A stretch of 64,000 bases of DNA from a virus. A program made the position numbers and the translations under genes. Within the stretch, counting starts at the first letter, position 1. Every line of letters starts with the position of its first letter. The DNA is taken from positions 50,961 through 114,960 of IMG/VR virus record IMGVR_UViG_3300042882_000899; one strand, written 5' to 3'. Below, in pieces: positions 6,809 through 14,991 of the stretch. The notes below the pieces were generated by a model. That model searched no databases. It saw nothing but the letters and a program-made list of their open reading frames with translations, and was not told the DNA's origin.

Positions 6809-7369
6809 CTAATTTTTAGATGGAAACTTGTCTAACCACTCTTTTGTTCGAGGAGTCAAACCTTTCCATGACGACCAATTTTGACCGCCATTGGTCATGT
6901 AATACGTTATCTCTGCGTTGATTGCTGGATCAAATAACGAATAGTTACTATCCAGTTTGAATTTTTCTTTACGATCATCACCTAGGTTGCCCAGCATGTT
7001 GATCTGAAAAATTCCATAGGAACTGTCTCCAGTTTTCCTGTTGCCGTTATAAGCCATTGGGCGTCCATTAGACTCCTTTTTAGCTACAGCCCACGCCATT
7101 TTAAGGGCGCTACCCTCAAAGCCTACAGCCTTGAGAAGTTCAACCAATTCTTTGTCCGTTAAAGATTCAGATGGTTTCCACACAGTATTGCTGAATTCCT
7201 CCAGCTTTTCCTTGTTAAGTTGTGCTTCGGTTTTTACATCTGGTTTTACAACCAGAGCAGACGCAGATTGAATTACTTCTGTTTGACCAGTAAATAAAAA
7301 CAACACTGCTACTGATATTGCAACGTAGTGATGTAGAACATCGCTAAGTTTTTCTTTTATATTCTCCAT
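6809..7369 (-). CDS. Lytic transglycosylase / lysozyme-like protein with N-terminal signal or TM segment
   Basis: AKKESNG catalytic Glu motif, SYGIFQIN, LFDPAINA, WSSW; start after GGAGG. Confidence 0.8.
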   Translation of the reverse strand: MENIKEKLSDVLHHYVAISVAVLFLFTGQTEVIQSASALVVKPDVKTEAQLNKEKLEEFSNTVWKPSESLTDKELVELLKAVGFEGSALKMAWAVAKKESNGRPMAYNGNRKTGDSSYGIFQINMLGNLGDDRKEKFKLDSNYSLFDPAINAEITYYMTNGGQNWSSWKGLTPRTKEWLDKFPSKN

Positions 7370-7581
7370 AGGCATTTCCTCCAATAGAGATAACGAGCTA
7401 TAAGAATACCATTAAAAACTTTAATCTGTCAACTTAAAAAATATTTTATTTTATTCTAGTTAACTAATAAATATGGCTATTTTTATGTATTATTTATAAA
7501 GTCTTCACTTTCGTAAGAAACTTTGATAGAATAGGACTCTATCAAATTAAATTTAACCGCTAAGCGGAGAAAAGGTCATAC

Positions 7582-9516
7582 ATGTCAAATACCATTGCAA
7601 ACCCATACGAAAATTTTATTGCTTTATCACGTTACGCTAGATGGATTCCAGAAGAGAACCGTCGTGAAACGTGGGGTGAGACGGTAGATAGATATTTTGA
7701 CTTTATGCTAAACCATCTTAGAGAAAATCACAATTACATTCCAACTGAAAAGCTTGTAGCGGAATTAAAAGACGGTGTATTCAAAAGAAACGTAATGCCC
7801 TCTATGCGCTCCGTTATGACTTCAGGAGCAGCACTAGAAAGAGATAATGTTGCAGGATACAATTGTTCATTTGTCCCAGTTGATTCTCCAAGATCTTTTG
7901 ATGAAACTATGTATATTCTTATGTGTGGAACAGGTGTTGGTTTTTCTGTTGAATACAAGTATGTTAACAAACTTCCTTCCGTTCCAGAAACATTTGAAAA
8001 ATCTACAACAGTTATTACAGTAGAAGATTCAAAGCAAGGTTGGGCAAAAGCCTACCGTGAACTTCTTGCACTGCTTTGGTCAGGACAAATTCCAGCAATT
8101 GATGTTTCAAAGGTTAGACCAGCGGGTGCACGTTTAAAAACAATGGGCGGAAGATCTTCAGGTCCTCAGCCACTAGTCAATCTTTTTGATTTTACAATTG
8201 CAAAGTTTAAAGCAGCAGCAGGCCGAAATTTAAAGCCAATTGAGGCGCATGACATTATGTGCAAGATTGGTGAAGTTGTTGTTGTTGGCGGAGTTCGCCG
8301 ATCAGCTATGATTTCTCTTTCAAACATTAACGATATTGAAATGGCTGCAGCCAAGTCAGGAAACTGGTGGGAAAACAATACACAACGTGCTCTTTCAAAT
8401 AACTCTGTAGCTTATTCTCGTAAGCCAGACATGGAGCAATTTATTGCAGAATGGAAATCACTTTATGATTCAAAATCAGGAGAGCGTGGAATATACAATG
8501 TTGCAGCAGCTCAAAAACAAGCCTCAAAGTATGGACGAAGAGATCCAGAAATTCATTATGGAACAAACCCCTGTTCAGAAATTATTTTACGCCCCTATCA
8601 ATTTTGTAATCTTTCAGAAGTCGTACTACGTGAAAGCGATACAAAGAAGGATATTGAGCGCAAAGTTGAGCTCGCAACAATCCTTGGAACATGGCAAGCA
8701 ACATTAACAGATTTTAAGTACCTTAGAAAAATCTGGAAAGACAATACAGAAGAGGAAAGACTTTTAGGGGTTTCTCTTACTGGACAATTCGGTCATAAAT
8801 TTATGTCTGGTAAAGAAGATATCATTGCCCTAGAGTCTTTTCTAATGTCTATGCGTGAAAAAGCTAGGGATACAAATAAAGAAGAGGCTGCTAAAATAGG
8901 TATTCCAGAGTCAGCAGCAATTACATGCGTAAAACCTTCTGGAACTGTTTCACAGCTTGTAGGAGTATCTTCAGGCATGCATCCTTGGCATTCACCATAT
9001 TACATTCGCACAGTTCGTGGATCCAAAGGCGACCCAATTTCTGTTTTCTTAAAAGAAGTTGGAATCCCAGTAGAAGATGATGTTATGAAACCAAATGAAA
9101 CTTATGTTTTTTCATTTCCAGTAAAAGCCCCAGAAGGTGCAATTGTAAGAAGTGATTTAACTGCATTAGATCACCTAAACACTTGGTTGGTGTATCAACG
9201 TGCATGGTGCGAGCACAAGCCGTCTATTACAGTTTCTGTAAAAGAAGACGAGTGGATGGAAGTTGGTGCGTGGGTCTACAAACACTTCGATGAAGTTTCA
9301 GGTATATCATTCTTACCTCATTCAGATCACACCTACAAACAAGCCCCTTACCAGGAGGTAACTAAAGAAGAGTACGAAACCCTTGTTGCAAAAATGCCTA
9401 AGCAAATTAGGTGGGAAGATTTATCTTTTTATGAAACAAAAGACGGAACTTCTGTAAATGCAACACTTGCATGCAGCTCTGATGGAAATTGCGAATTGGT
9501 AGATATTAGCGCATAG
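7582..9516 (+). CDS. nrdJ: Class II (adenosylcobalamin-dependent) ribonucleotide reductase, monomeric RTPR type
   Basis: YNCS, GGVRRSA, TNPCSEI, FCNLSE, TCVKPSGTVSQL, C-terminal Cys pair ACSSDGNC. Confidence 0.93.
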   Translation: MSNTIANPYENFIALSRYARWIPEENRRETWGETVDRYFDFMLNHLRENHNYIPTEKLVAELKDGVFKRNVMPSMRSVMTSGAALERDNVAGYNCSFVPVDSPRSFDETMYILMCGTGVGFSVEYKYVNKLPSVPETFEKSTTVITVEDSKQGWAKAYRELLALLWSGQIPAIDVSKVRPAGARLKTMGGRSSGPQPLVNLFDFTIAKFKAAAGRNLKPIEAHDIMCKIGEVVVVGGVRRSAMISLSNINDIEMAAAKSGNWWENNTQRALSNNSVAYSRKPDMEQFIAEWKSLYDSKSGERGIYNVAAAQKQASKYGRRDPEIHYGTNPCSEIILRPYQFCNLSEVVLRESDTKKDIERKVELATILGTWQATLTDFKYLRKIWKDNTEEERLLGVSLTGQFGHKFMSGKEDIIALESFLMSMREKARDTNKEEAAKIGIPESAAITCVKPSGTVSQLVGVSSGMHPWHSPYYIRTVRGSKGDPISVFLKEVGIPVEDDVMKPNETYVFSFPVKAPEGAIVRSDLTALDHLNTWLVYQRAWCEHKPSITVSVKEDEWMEVGAWVYKHFDEVSGISFLPHSDHTYKQAPYQEVTKEEYETLVAKMPKQIRWEDLSFYETKDGTSVNATLACSSDGNCELVDISA

Positions 9517-9586
9517 TGGTACAATAATATAATTGGGCTAAAACCCAAAATTCCTAGGCAACCCGCCTAGAAATAAGGAGGATCTA

Positions 9587-9811
9587 ATGAAACAAGATCT
9601 TAATGGAGATGGAAAGGTTACAATGCAGGAGAAGATTCTAGCAGCACTAGCAAGTTACGGACGTCATTTTCTAGGAGCAGCAATTGCCCTATACATGACT
9701 GGCAACACTAGTCCAAGAGACCTACTGTTGGGCGGATTTGCTGCCACAGCACCCGTAATTTTGAAAGCGCTCAACCCAAATGAGCCATCGTTCGGCTTCA
9801 CAAACAAGTAA
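9587..9811 (+). CDS. Putative holin / small membrane protein
   Basis: 74 aa with two hydrophobic helices; ends ALNPNEPSFG; strong SD AGGAGG. Confidence 0.55.
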   Translation: MKQDLNGDGKVTMQEKILAALASYGRHFLGAAIALYMTGNTSPRDLLLGGFAATAPVILKALNPNEPSFGFTNK

Positions 9812-9829
9812 GCAAAAATAGTCAATTAA

Positions 9830-9865
9830 GAATACTCCTGTGCTAAAATTAGTACAGGAGTATTC
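9830..9865 (+). promoter_or_regulatory. Inverted repeat enclosing an extended -10 (TGCTAAAAT) ahead of the fibre cluster
   Basis: GAATACTCCTGT...ACAGGAGTATTC 12-bp perfect arms. Confidence 0.6.
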
Positions 9866-9886
9866 CTATTTAGGAGACTATGGCAA

Positions 9887-10234
9887 ATGGCAGGACAAAA
9901 GAATTTCGAAGTAGATCAAAACGCAACATTTAGCTTTGTAGTAGAATATAAAGACGAAAGTGATAATGCCATTGATCTGAGTGGCGCATCTGCAAAAATG
10001 CAAATCCGTGATACAAAAGGCGGAACTAAATTAGCCGTCACATTAACATCACCTTCAGGCGGCATTACAATTGATGGACCAAATGGTAAATTAACTGTAA
10101 AGATGACACCAACACAAACTAGCAAAATCTTTTATCCTAAATCATCTTATGATGTAATGGTTATAGATTCTAATGGGAATAAAATAAAACTCCTTGAGGG
10201 TTTCATGACCCTAAATAGATCGGTAACTATATAA
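9887..10234 (+). CDS. Virion structural protein, beta-sandwich (BppU-N-like)
   Basis: AIDLSGASAKMQIR...YDVM...LLEG pattern typical of fibre/baseplate attachment domains. Confidence 0.6.
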   Translation: MAGQKNFEVDQNATFSFVVEYKDESDNAIDLSGASAKMQIRDTKGGTKLAVTLTSPSGGITIDGPNGKLTVKMTPTQTSKIFYPKSSYDVMVIDSNGNKIKLLEGFMTLNRSVTI

Positions 10235-10674
10235 TGGTTGAATCAGTAGTTGTCAGAGAACAAATAAATAAAATTGTAGTATCTTCTCCAGGTCCGCAAG
10301 GACCAAGAGGAAGAACAATTCTAAATGGATCTGGAGATCCTTCAGCAAATTTAGGACTCACAGGAGATTTTTATTTTGATAATCTTTCAGCAGCTTTTCA
10401 TGGACCAAAACTTTCTGATCAATCGTGGTCAGGATCTAGCAAAATATTTTTAACAAATAACACTTTAGCTTATTCATGGGAGCTTGCTCAAGTAACTGGG
10501 CCATCCCAAGGAGTTTACTCTGTTGTTATTTCTCATGGACTTGGTTATCAACCAAATGTTACAGTTAAGTCAAGTGCTGGAGATATTTTGGAAACTGGAA
10601 TAGACTACAATAGTACTAATCAAATAACACTGACTATGGCTCAACCATTTTCAGGGACAGCATACCTGTCATAA
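10234..10674 (+). CDS. Virion fibre-associated protein with short collagen-like motif
   Basis: GPQGPRG, GDFYFD, C-terminal HGLGYQPNVTV...FSGTAYLS. Confidence 0.6.
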   Translation: MVESVVVREQINKIVVSSPGPQGPRGRTILNGSGDPSANLGLTGDFYFDNLSAAFHGPKLSDQSWSGSSKIFLTNNTLAYSWELAQVTGPSQGVYSVVISHGLGYQPNVTVKSSAGDILETGIDYNSTNQITLTMAQPFSGTAYLS

Positions 10675-10685
10675 GGAGATAGCAA

Positions 10686-11966
10686 ATGGCAAGAAAATTT
10701 TTAGTTAGCGTTGATCTCAACAAGAATGAGTTGCTCAATGCTAGAATCCAAAACTTAGGCGCAGCGCCTTCAAATCCAGTATCTGGTCAAATATACTACA
10801 ACACTGGAACAAATGTTCTTTACTTCTACAATGGTACAGAGTGGACACCAGCTTCTGGTTCTACTGAAGTAATTCAAGACCTCATTGGTTCTTCTGTAAT
10901 AGGGGGAACAGGGTTAACATCAACATATGATGATGCAGCAGGAACAACAACTTTAAAATTAAATGATACATCAGTTACAACTGGATCTTATGGTTCACAA
11001 ACAAAAATTCCTACATTTACAGTAGATCAGCAAGGTAGACTAACTGCAGCTGGCGAAGTTGATGTAGCAACAGAGCTTGGAATAACTGGAGATACTGGAA
11101 CTACATCTATTTCGTTACTAACAGAAGGATTAACAGTATCTGGCGGAGAAGGAATTGATGTAGCAGTAACAAATAACACAATTACAGTTTCTGCAGAAGA
11201 TGCAACATATACAAATAAAGGCGTAGCATCATTTGATTCAACAGACTTTACAGTAACAGCAGGAGCTGTGTCCCTAAATAAAGATCCAGTAATTACTCTT
11301 TCAGGAGATGTAACTGGTTCTGCAACAATGACCAATCTTGGCGATGTAACTATTTCAACTACAATTGAGCCAAACTCTGTTGCATTGGGAACAGATACAA
11401 CTGGAAGCTATGTTTCAACAATCACTGGAACAACTGGAGAAATTACAGTATCTGGATCTGGATCAGAATCAGCGGCAGTAACAATTGGTTTGCCAGACGA
11501 TGTAACAATTGCTGGTGACTTAACAATTAATGGAAACCTCGACGTACAAGGATCTATCAACTCTATAAGCACAACAGAAGTTAATATTGTTGATAACAAA
11601 GTTGTTCTTAACACAAACGTTACTGGAGCTCCATCAGCAGATGCTGGGCTAAAAGTAAATCGTGGAACCTCAGCAGACGTAGAGCTTCTATGGAATGAAA
11701 CGGCAGACCAGTGGACATTAACAAATGATGGCACAAGCTATCATGAAATAACAAGAAAGTATAAGACTACACTAAACACATCAGCAACATCTTATACTGT
11801 AACCCATAATTTAGGTACAAAAGATACAGTAGTTTCTATATATGAAGTTGCTTCCCCATTTGCAGAAGTACTTGCAGATGTTGAGCATACATCAGATTCA
11901 GATATAACTATTAAATTTGCAGTTGCACCAACAGCTGGAGAATATAGAGTAGTTGTAATAGGGTAA
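10686..11966 (+). CDS. Fibre-like virion protein
   Basis: Thr/Gly/Ser-rich; IPTFTVDQQGRLTAA motif; AGLKVNRG...WNETADQW domain; C-terminal THNLGT domain. Confidence 0.7.
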   Translation: MARKFLVSVDLNKNELLNARIQNLGAAPSNPVSGQIYYNTGTNVLYFYNGTEWTPASGSTEVIQDLIGSSVIGGTGLTSTYDDAAGTTTLKLNDTSVTTGSYGSQTKIPTFTVDQQGRLTAAGEVDVATELGITGDTGTTSISLLTEGLTVSGGEGIDVAVTNNTITVSAEDATYTNKGVASFDSTDFTVTAGAVSLNKDPVITLSGDVTGSATMTNLGDVTISTTIEPNSVALGTDTTGSYVSTITGTTGEITVSGSGSESAAVTIGLPDDVTIAGDLTINGNLDVQGSINSISTTEVNIVDNKVVLNTNVTGAPSADAGLKVNRGTSADVELLWNETADQWTLTNDGTSYHEITRKYKTTLNTSATSYTVTHNLGTKDTVVSIYEVASPFAEVLADVEHTSDSDITIKFAVAPTAGEYRVVVIG

Positions 11967-11975
11967 GGATTTCAA

Positions 11976-12350
11976 ATGGCTAAAAAGTTTAAGTCCTTAC
12001 TCAATCTACTTACACTTACAGAAGACCCTATTGTAGGATCATCTGGAGATGTATACTTCAATGTTACAAGTAAAAATATTAAGATATACAATGGCAGTAT
12101 TTGGGTTGACTTAACACCAGCTTCTGATGATCCCGCCCCATTTTACATGCACACACATTCTTACGATGGAAATGTTCACACAGTTAACTTAAATGAAACT
12201 GTATATTTTGATAATTTAAATCAAAATGTTGGCGTTGAAGAAACGGTTCCTGCTATAATTGGCATAGACGGTGGTTCTCCAACATCATCGTATGTAGACG
12301 CAAGCTATAAGCAATTAACATTGTTGGATGGAGGCCAAATTGGCGACTAA
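11976..12350 (+). CDS. Small virion structural protein
   Basis: GDVYFN...IKIYNGSIW motif; C-terminal IDGGSPTS...LDGG. Confidence 0.6.
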   Translation: MAKKFKSLLNLLTLTEDPIVGSSGDVYFNVTSKNIKIYNGSIWVDLTPASDDPAPFYMHTHSYDGNVHTVNLNETVYFDNLNQNVGVEETVPAIIGIDGGSPTSSYVDASYKQLTLLDGGQIGD

Positions 12351-12891
12351 TTACCCTACATCAAAAGATAATCTTAGCAACCCTGCCGCAAGCGAATCAA
12401 TGGAAGGCCATGCAGAGTTGCATGGTAATGTAAATGATGCGATTGAAGCAATTGAAAACAAACTTGGTGTAAACGGATCAACAGATACAAATTCAATAGA
12501 TTACAAAGTAACTCAGCTTGAGTCATCATTAGCAATCCTTGATTCAGAAAATGCATCAGAGCTTTTAGGACTTGACGGAAACAATGATTTAACTATAGAC
12601 GGCATAGAAAACAAAACTGCTATAGATTCATTTTCAAAGACAGTATACAAAACAGCTAAATACTCACTACAGATTCATAAATCTGTTGGGAACCTAACAT
12701 CCACATCAACCATACTTTTGTTAAACGATGGAAATGATTTTTACATATCAGAATCAGATATAGTATCAAACACAGATTTATCTTTAGCTACAGTTACTTT
12801 TGAAGAAAATAACGGTATAATAAGTTTATGCGTAACTCCTGTTTCAGGATCAATAAAAGTAAGATATTTTAGAACAGCACTAAAAGCATAA
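12340..12891 (+). CDS. Virion structural protein
   Basis: TTG start after GGAGG; HxxVNDAIEAIENKLG coiled motif; C-terminal YKTAKY domain shared with the next gene. Confidence 0.65.
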   Translation: MATNYPTSKDNLSNPAASESMEGHAELHGNVNDAIEAIENKLGVNGSTDTNSIDYKVTQLESSLAILDSENASELLGLDGNNDLTIDGIENKTAIDSFSKTVYKTAKYSLQIHKSVGNLTSTSTILLLNDGNDFYISESDIVSNTDLSLATVTFEENNGIISLCVTPVSGSIKVRYFRTALKA

Positions 12892-12925
12892 AAGTATAAA
12901 AAAGCAGTAAAAGGGAGTCATATCA

Positions 12926-14503
12926 ATGGCAACAGTAAATAAAAACTTTAGAATTAAAAATGGTCTTATCGTTGAGGGTGCTACCGCTACCGTTAACGGT
13001 TTTGGTGTATTAACCAAGGCTCAGGCAGACCAAGACTACATTGTTGGTCTTATTGGTGGTACATCAACTTCAGCCAATACAGCAAATACTGTAGTAAAGC
13101 GTGACGCTAACGGAAACTTTGCCGCAGGAACAATTACTGCTACATTTGTTGGTAACCTTACTGGTGACGTAACAGGTACAGTTTCAAGTCTTTCAAACCA
13201 CGATACAGGAGACCTTGCAGAAGGAACTAACCTTTACTTTACAAATGATCGTGCAATAAGCGCAACAGCCGCATCATACGATGCAGCAGGCTCAGCAGCA
13301 TCAGCTCAGTCAGCAGCAATTACTGCAGCAGCAACAGATGCAACTACTAAGGTAGCAGCAGAAGCAGCACTTAGAGTATCAGGCGACGCAGCTTCAGTAT
13401 CAACCGCAGCAGCAGATGCAACATCTAAGGCAGATGCAGCCCAGGCAGCAGCAATCTCAGCAGCAGCAGCAGATGCAACATCTAAAGCAGATGCAGCCCA
13501 GGCAGCAGCAATCTCAGCAGCAGCAACAGACGCTACTACAAAGGCTAACGCAGCTCAGGCAGCAGCAATCTCAGCAGCAGCAACAGACGCTACTACAAAG
13601 GCTAACGCAGCACAAGCAGCAGCAATCTCAGCAGCAGCAGAAGCAGCTGGAACAGCAATTGCAACCGCAGTAGACGGTCTTGTTGACGGAGCACCAGCAC
13701 TTCTTAATACATTAAATGAATTGGCAGCAGCAATTAATGATGATGCTAATTACACAACAACTATTACAACAGCTCTAGGAACAAAAGCACCACTTGCTTC
13801 ACCAGAACTTACTGGTGTACCTACAGCACCGACTGCAGCAGCAGATACTAATACAACTCAAATTGCTACAACAGCATTTGCTAAGGCAGAAGCAGACGCA
13901 GCTCAGGCAGCAGCAGAAGCAACTGCAGCATCAGATGCAACTACTAAGGTAGCAGCAGAAGCAGCACTTAGAGTATTAGGCGACGCAGCTTCAGTATCAA
14001 CCGCAGCAGCAGATGCAACATCTAAGGCAGATGCAGCTCAAGCAGCAGCAATATCAGCAGCAGCAACTGATGCCACTACAAAGGCTAACGCAGCTCAAGC
14101 AGCAGCAGAATCCACAGCGGCAGCAGCTAATACAGCTCAGCAAAATGGAACTACATCATTTACAGCAATTAATTACAACGATGTCGCTAAGCAAGTTGCG
14201 GCAACAACTGGAAATATTGCGGTAGCAGCAGAAACAACAGCTATCTCATGGGTGGCAGCAGATTACAGAAGCGCTAAGTTTGTAGTCAAGGTAAAAAATG
14301 GTGTACATACTCAGGTCTCAGACCTAGTAGTTACCCTTGATACAGCTAACAACGTAGCAGTTTCTGAATATGGAATTACATATTCAAACGGAACAGAACT
14401 AGCTGCAGTAACAGCAGATTACTCTGGATCAGATGTAAGAATTAGAGTAACTCCAGCAAACGCTAACACAGAAGTTGTCGTTGTTGGAACATTAATTAAA
14501 TAA
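12926..14503 (+). CDS. Ala-rich coiled-coil fibre protein
   Basis: 19-aa repeats AAATDATTKANAAQAAAIS; fibre motifs APALLNTLNELAAAIND and LTGVPTAPT...TQIATTAF. Confidence 0.75.
   Translation: MATVNKNFRIKNGLIVEGATATVNGFGVLTKAQADQDYIVGLIGGTSTSANTANTVVKRDANGNFAAGTITATFVGNLTGDVTGTVSSLSNHDTGDLAEGTNLYFTNDRAISATAASYDAAGSAASAQSAAITAAATDATTKVAAEAALRVSGDAASVSTAAADATSKADAAQAAAISAAAADATSKADAAQAAAISAAATDATTKANAAQAAAISAAATDATTKANAAQAAAISAAAEAAGTAIATAVDGLVDGAPALLNTLNELAAAINDDANYTTTITTALGTKAPLASPELTGVPTAPTAAADTNTTQIATTAFAKAEADAAQAAAEATAASDATTKVAAEAALRVLGDAASVSTAAADATSKADAAQAAAISAAATDATTKANAAQAAAESTAAAANTAQQNGTTSFTAINYNDVAKQVAATTGNIAVAAETTAISWVAADYRSAKFVVKVKNGVHTQVSDLVVTLDTANNVAVSEYGITYSNGTELAAVTADYSGSDVRIRVTPANANTEVVVVGTLIK
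13315..14110 (+). repeat. Intragenic 57-nt tandem repeats and a duplicated block
   Basis: GCA-rich units; the block ...GATGCAACTACTAAGGTAGCAGCAGAAGCAGCACTTAGAGTAT... occurs near 13337 and 13934. Confidence 0.8.
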
Positions 14504-14572
14504 TTAAATAAGAAGGTTATGGGGTTCCTTTTAAAAACCCCACCAAAACACTTAGGGGATATGTGAACTTAA

Positions 14573-14938
14573 ATGGCAACAGAGAATAAGAATTTTAAAG
14601 TAAAGAACGGACTCAATGTAGCAGGTACTGCCACATTTGAGTCTAACGTTGTTTTAGGAGAAACACCCCTTAGATTTGATACAACAACAAATAAGCTTCA
14701 AATTCAGCTAAATGGAACATGGGTTCCAATAGCTTTTAATTCAGAAATTCCAGATCCATCCACTCAAATTGGGTTTATGGATATTGGCTTGGCTATAGAC
14801 TATAATGGTCAGCCAATATATACGCTTCAAGCAAATGGAGTCAGCCCTGCTGGAACAAGCAAGTTTGTAGATGGCGGATCTCCAACATCAACAGATGCAG
14901 ATATCTCAATAATATTTGATTCTGGAGTTATATCTTAA
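14573..14938 (+). CDS. Small virion structural protein
   Basis: N-terminus MATENKNFKVKNGL is paralogous to the 12926 protein; C-terminal VDGGSPTS. Confidence 0.65.
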   Translation: MATENKNFKVKNGLNVAGTATFESNVVLGETPLRFDTTTNKLQIQLNGTWVPIAFNSEIPDPSTQIGFMDIGLAIDYNGQPIYTLQANGVSPAGTSKFVDGGSPTSTDADISIIFDSGVIS

Positions 14939-14991
14939 AGCAATAAATGATACAATAAGCAGTATAAATAAAATATATAAGGGGTAATAAA

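Noticed and set aside
13416-14225. Gln-rich alternative-frame ORFs
   Set aside because: Shadow frames of GCA-rich Ala repeats; no SD or independent signal
14520-14545. TGGGGTT...AACCCCA hairpin as a terminator
   Set aside because: Stem present but no U-tract on the coding strand; could be an RNA stability or processing hairpin, so it is not called
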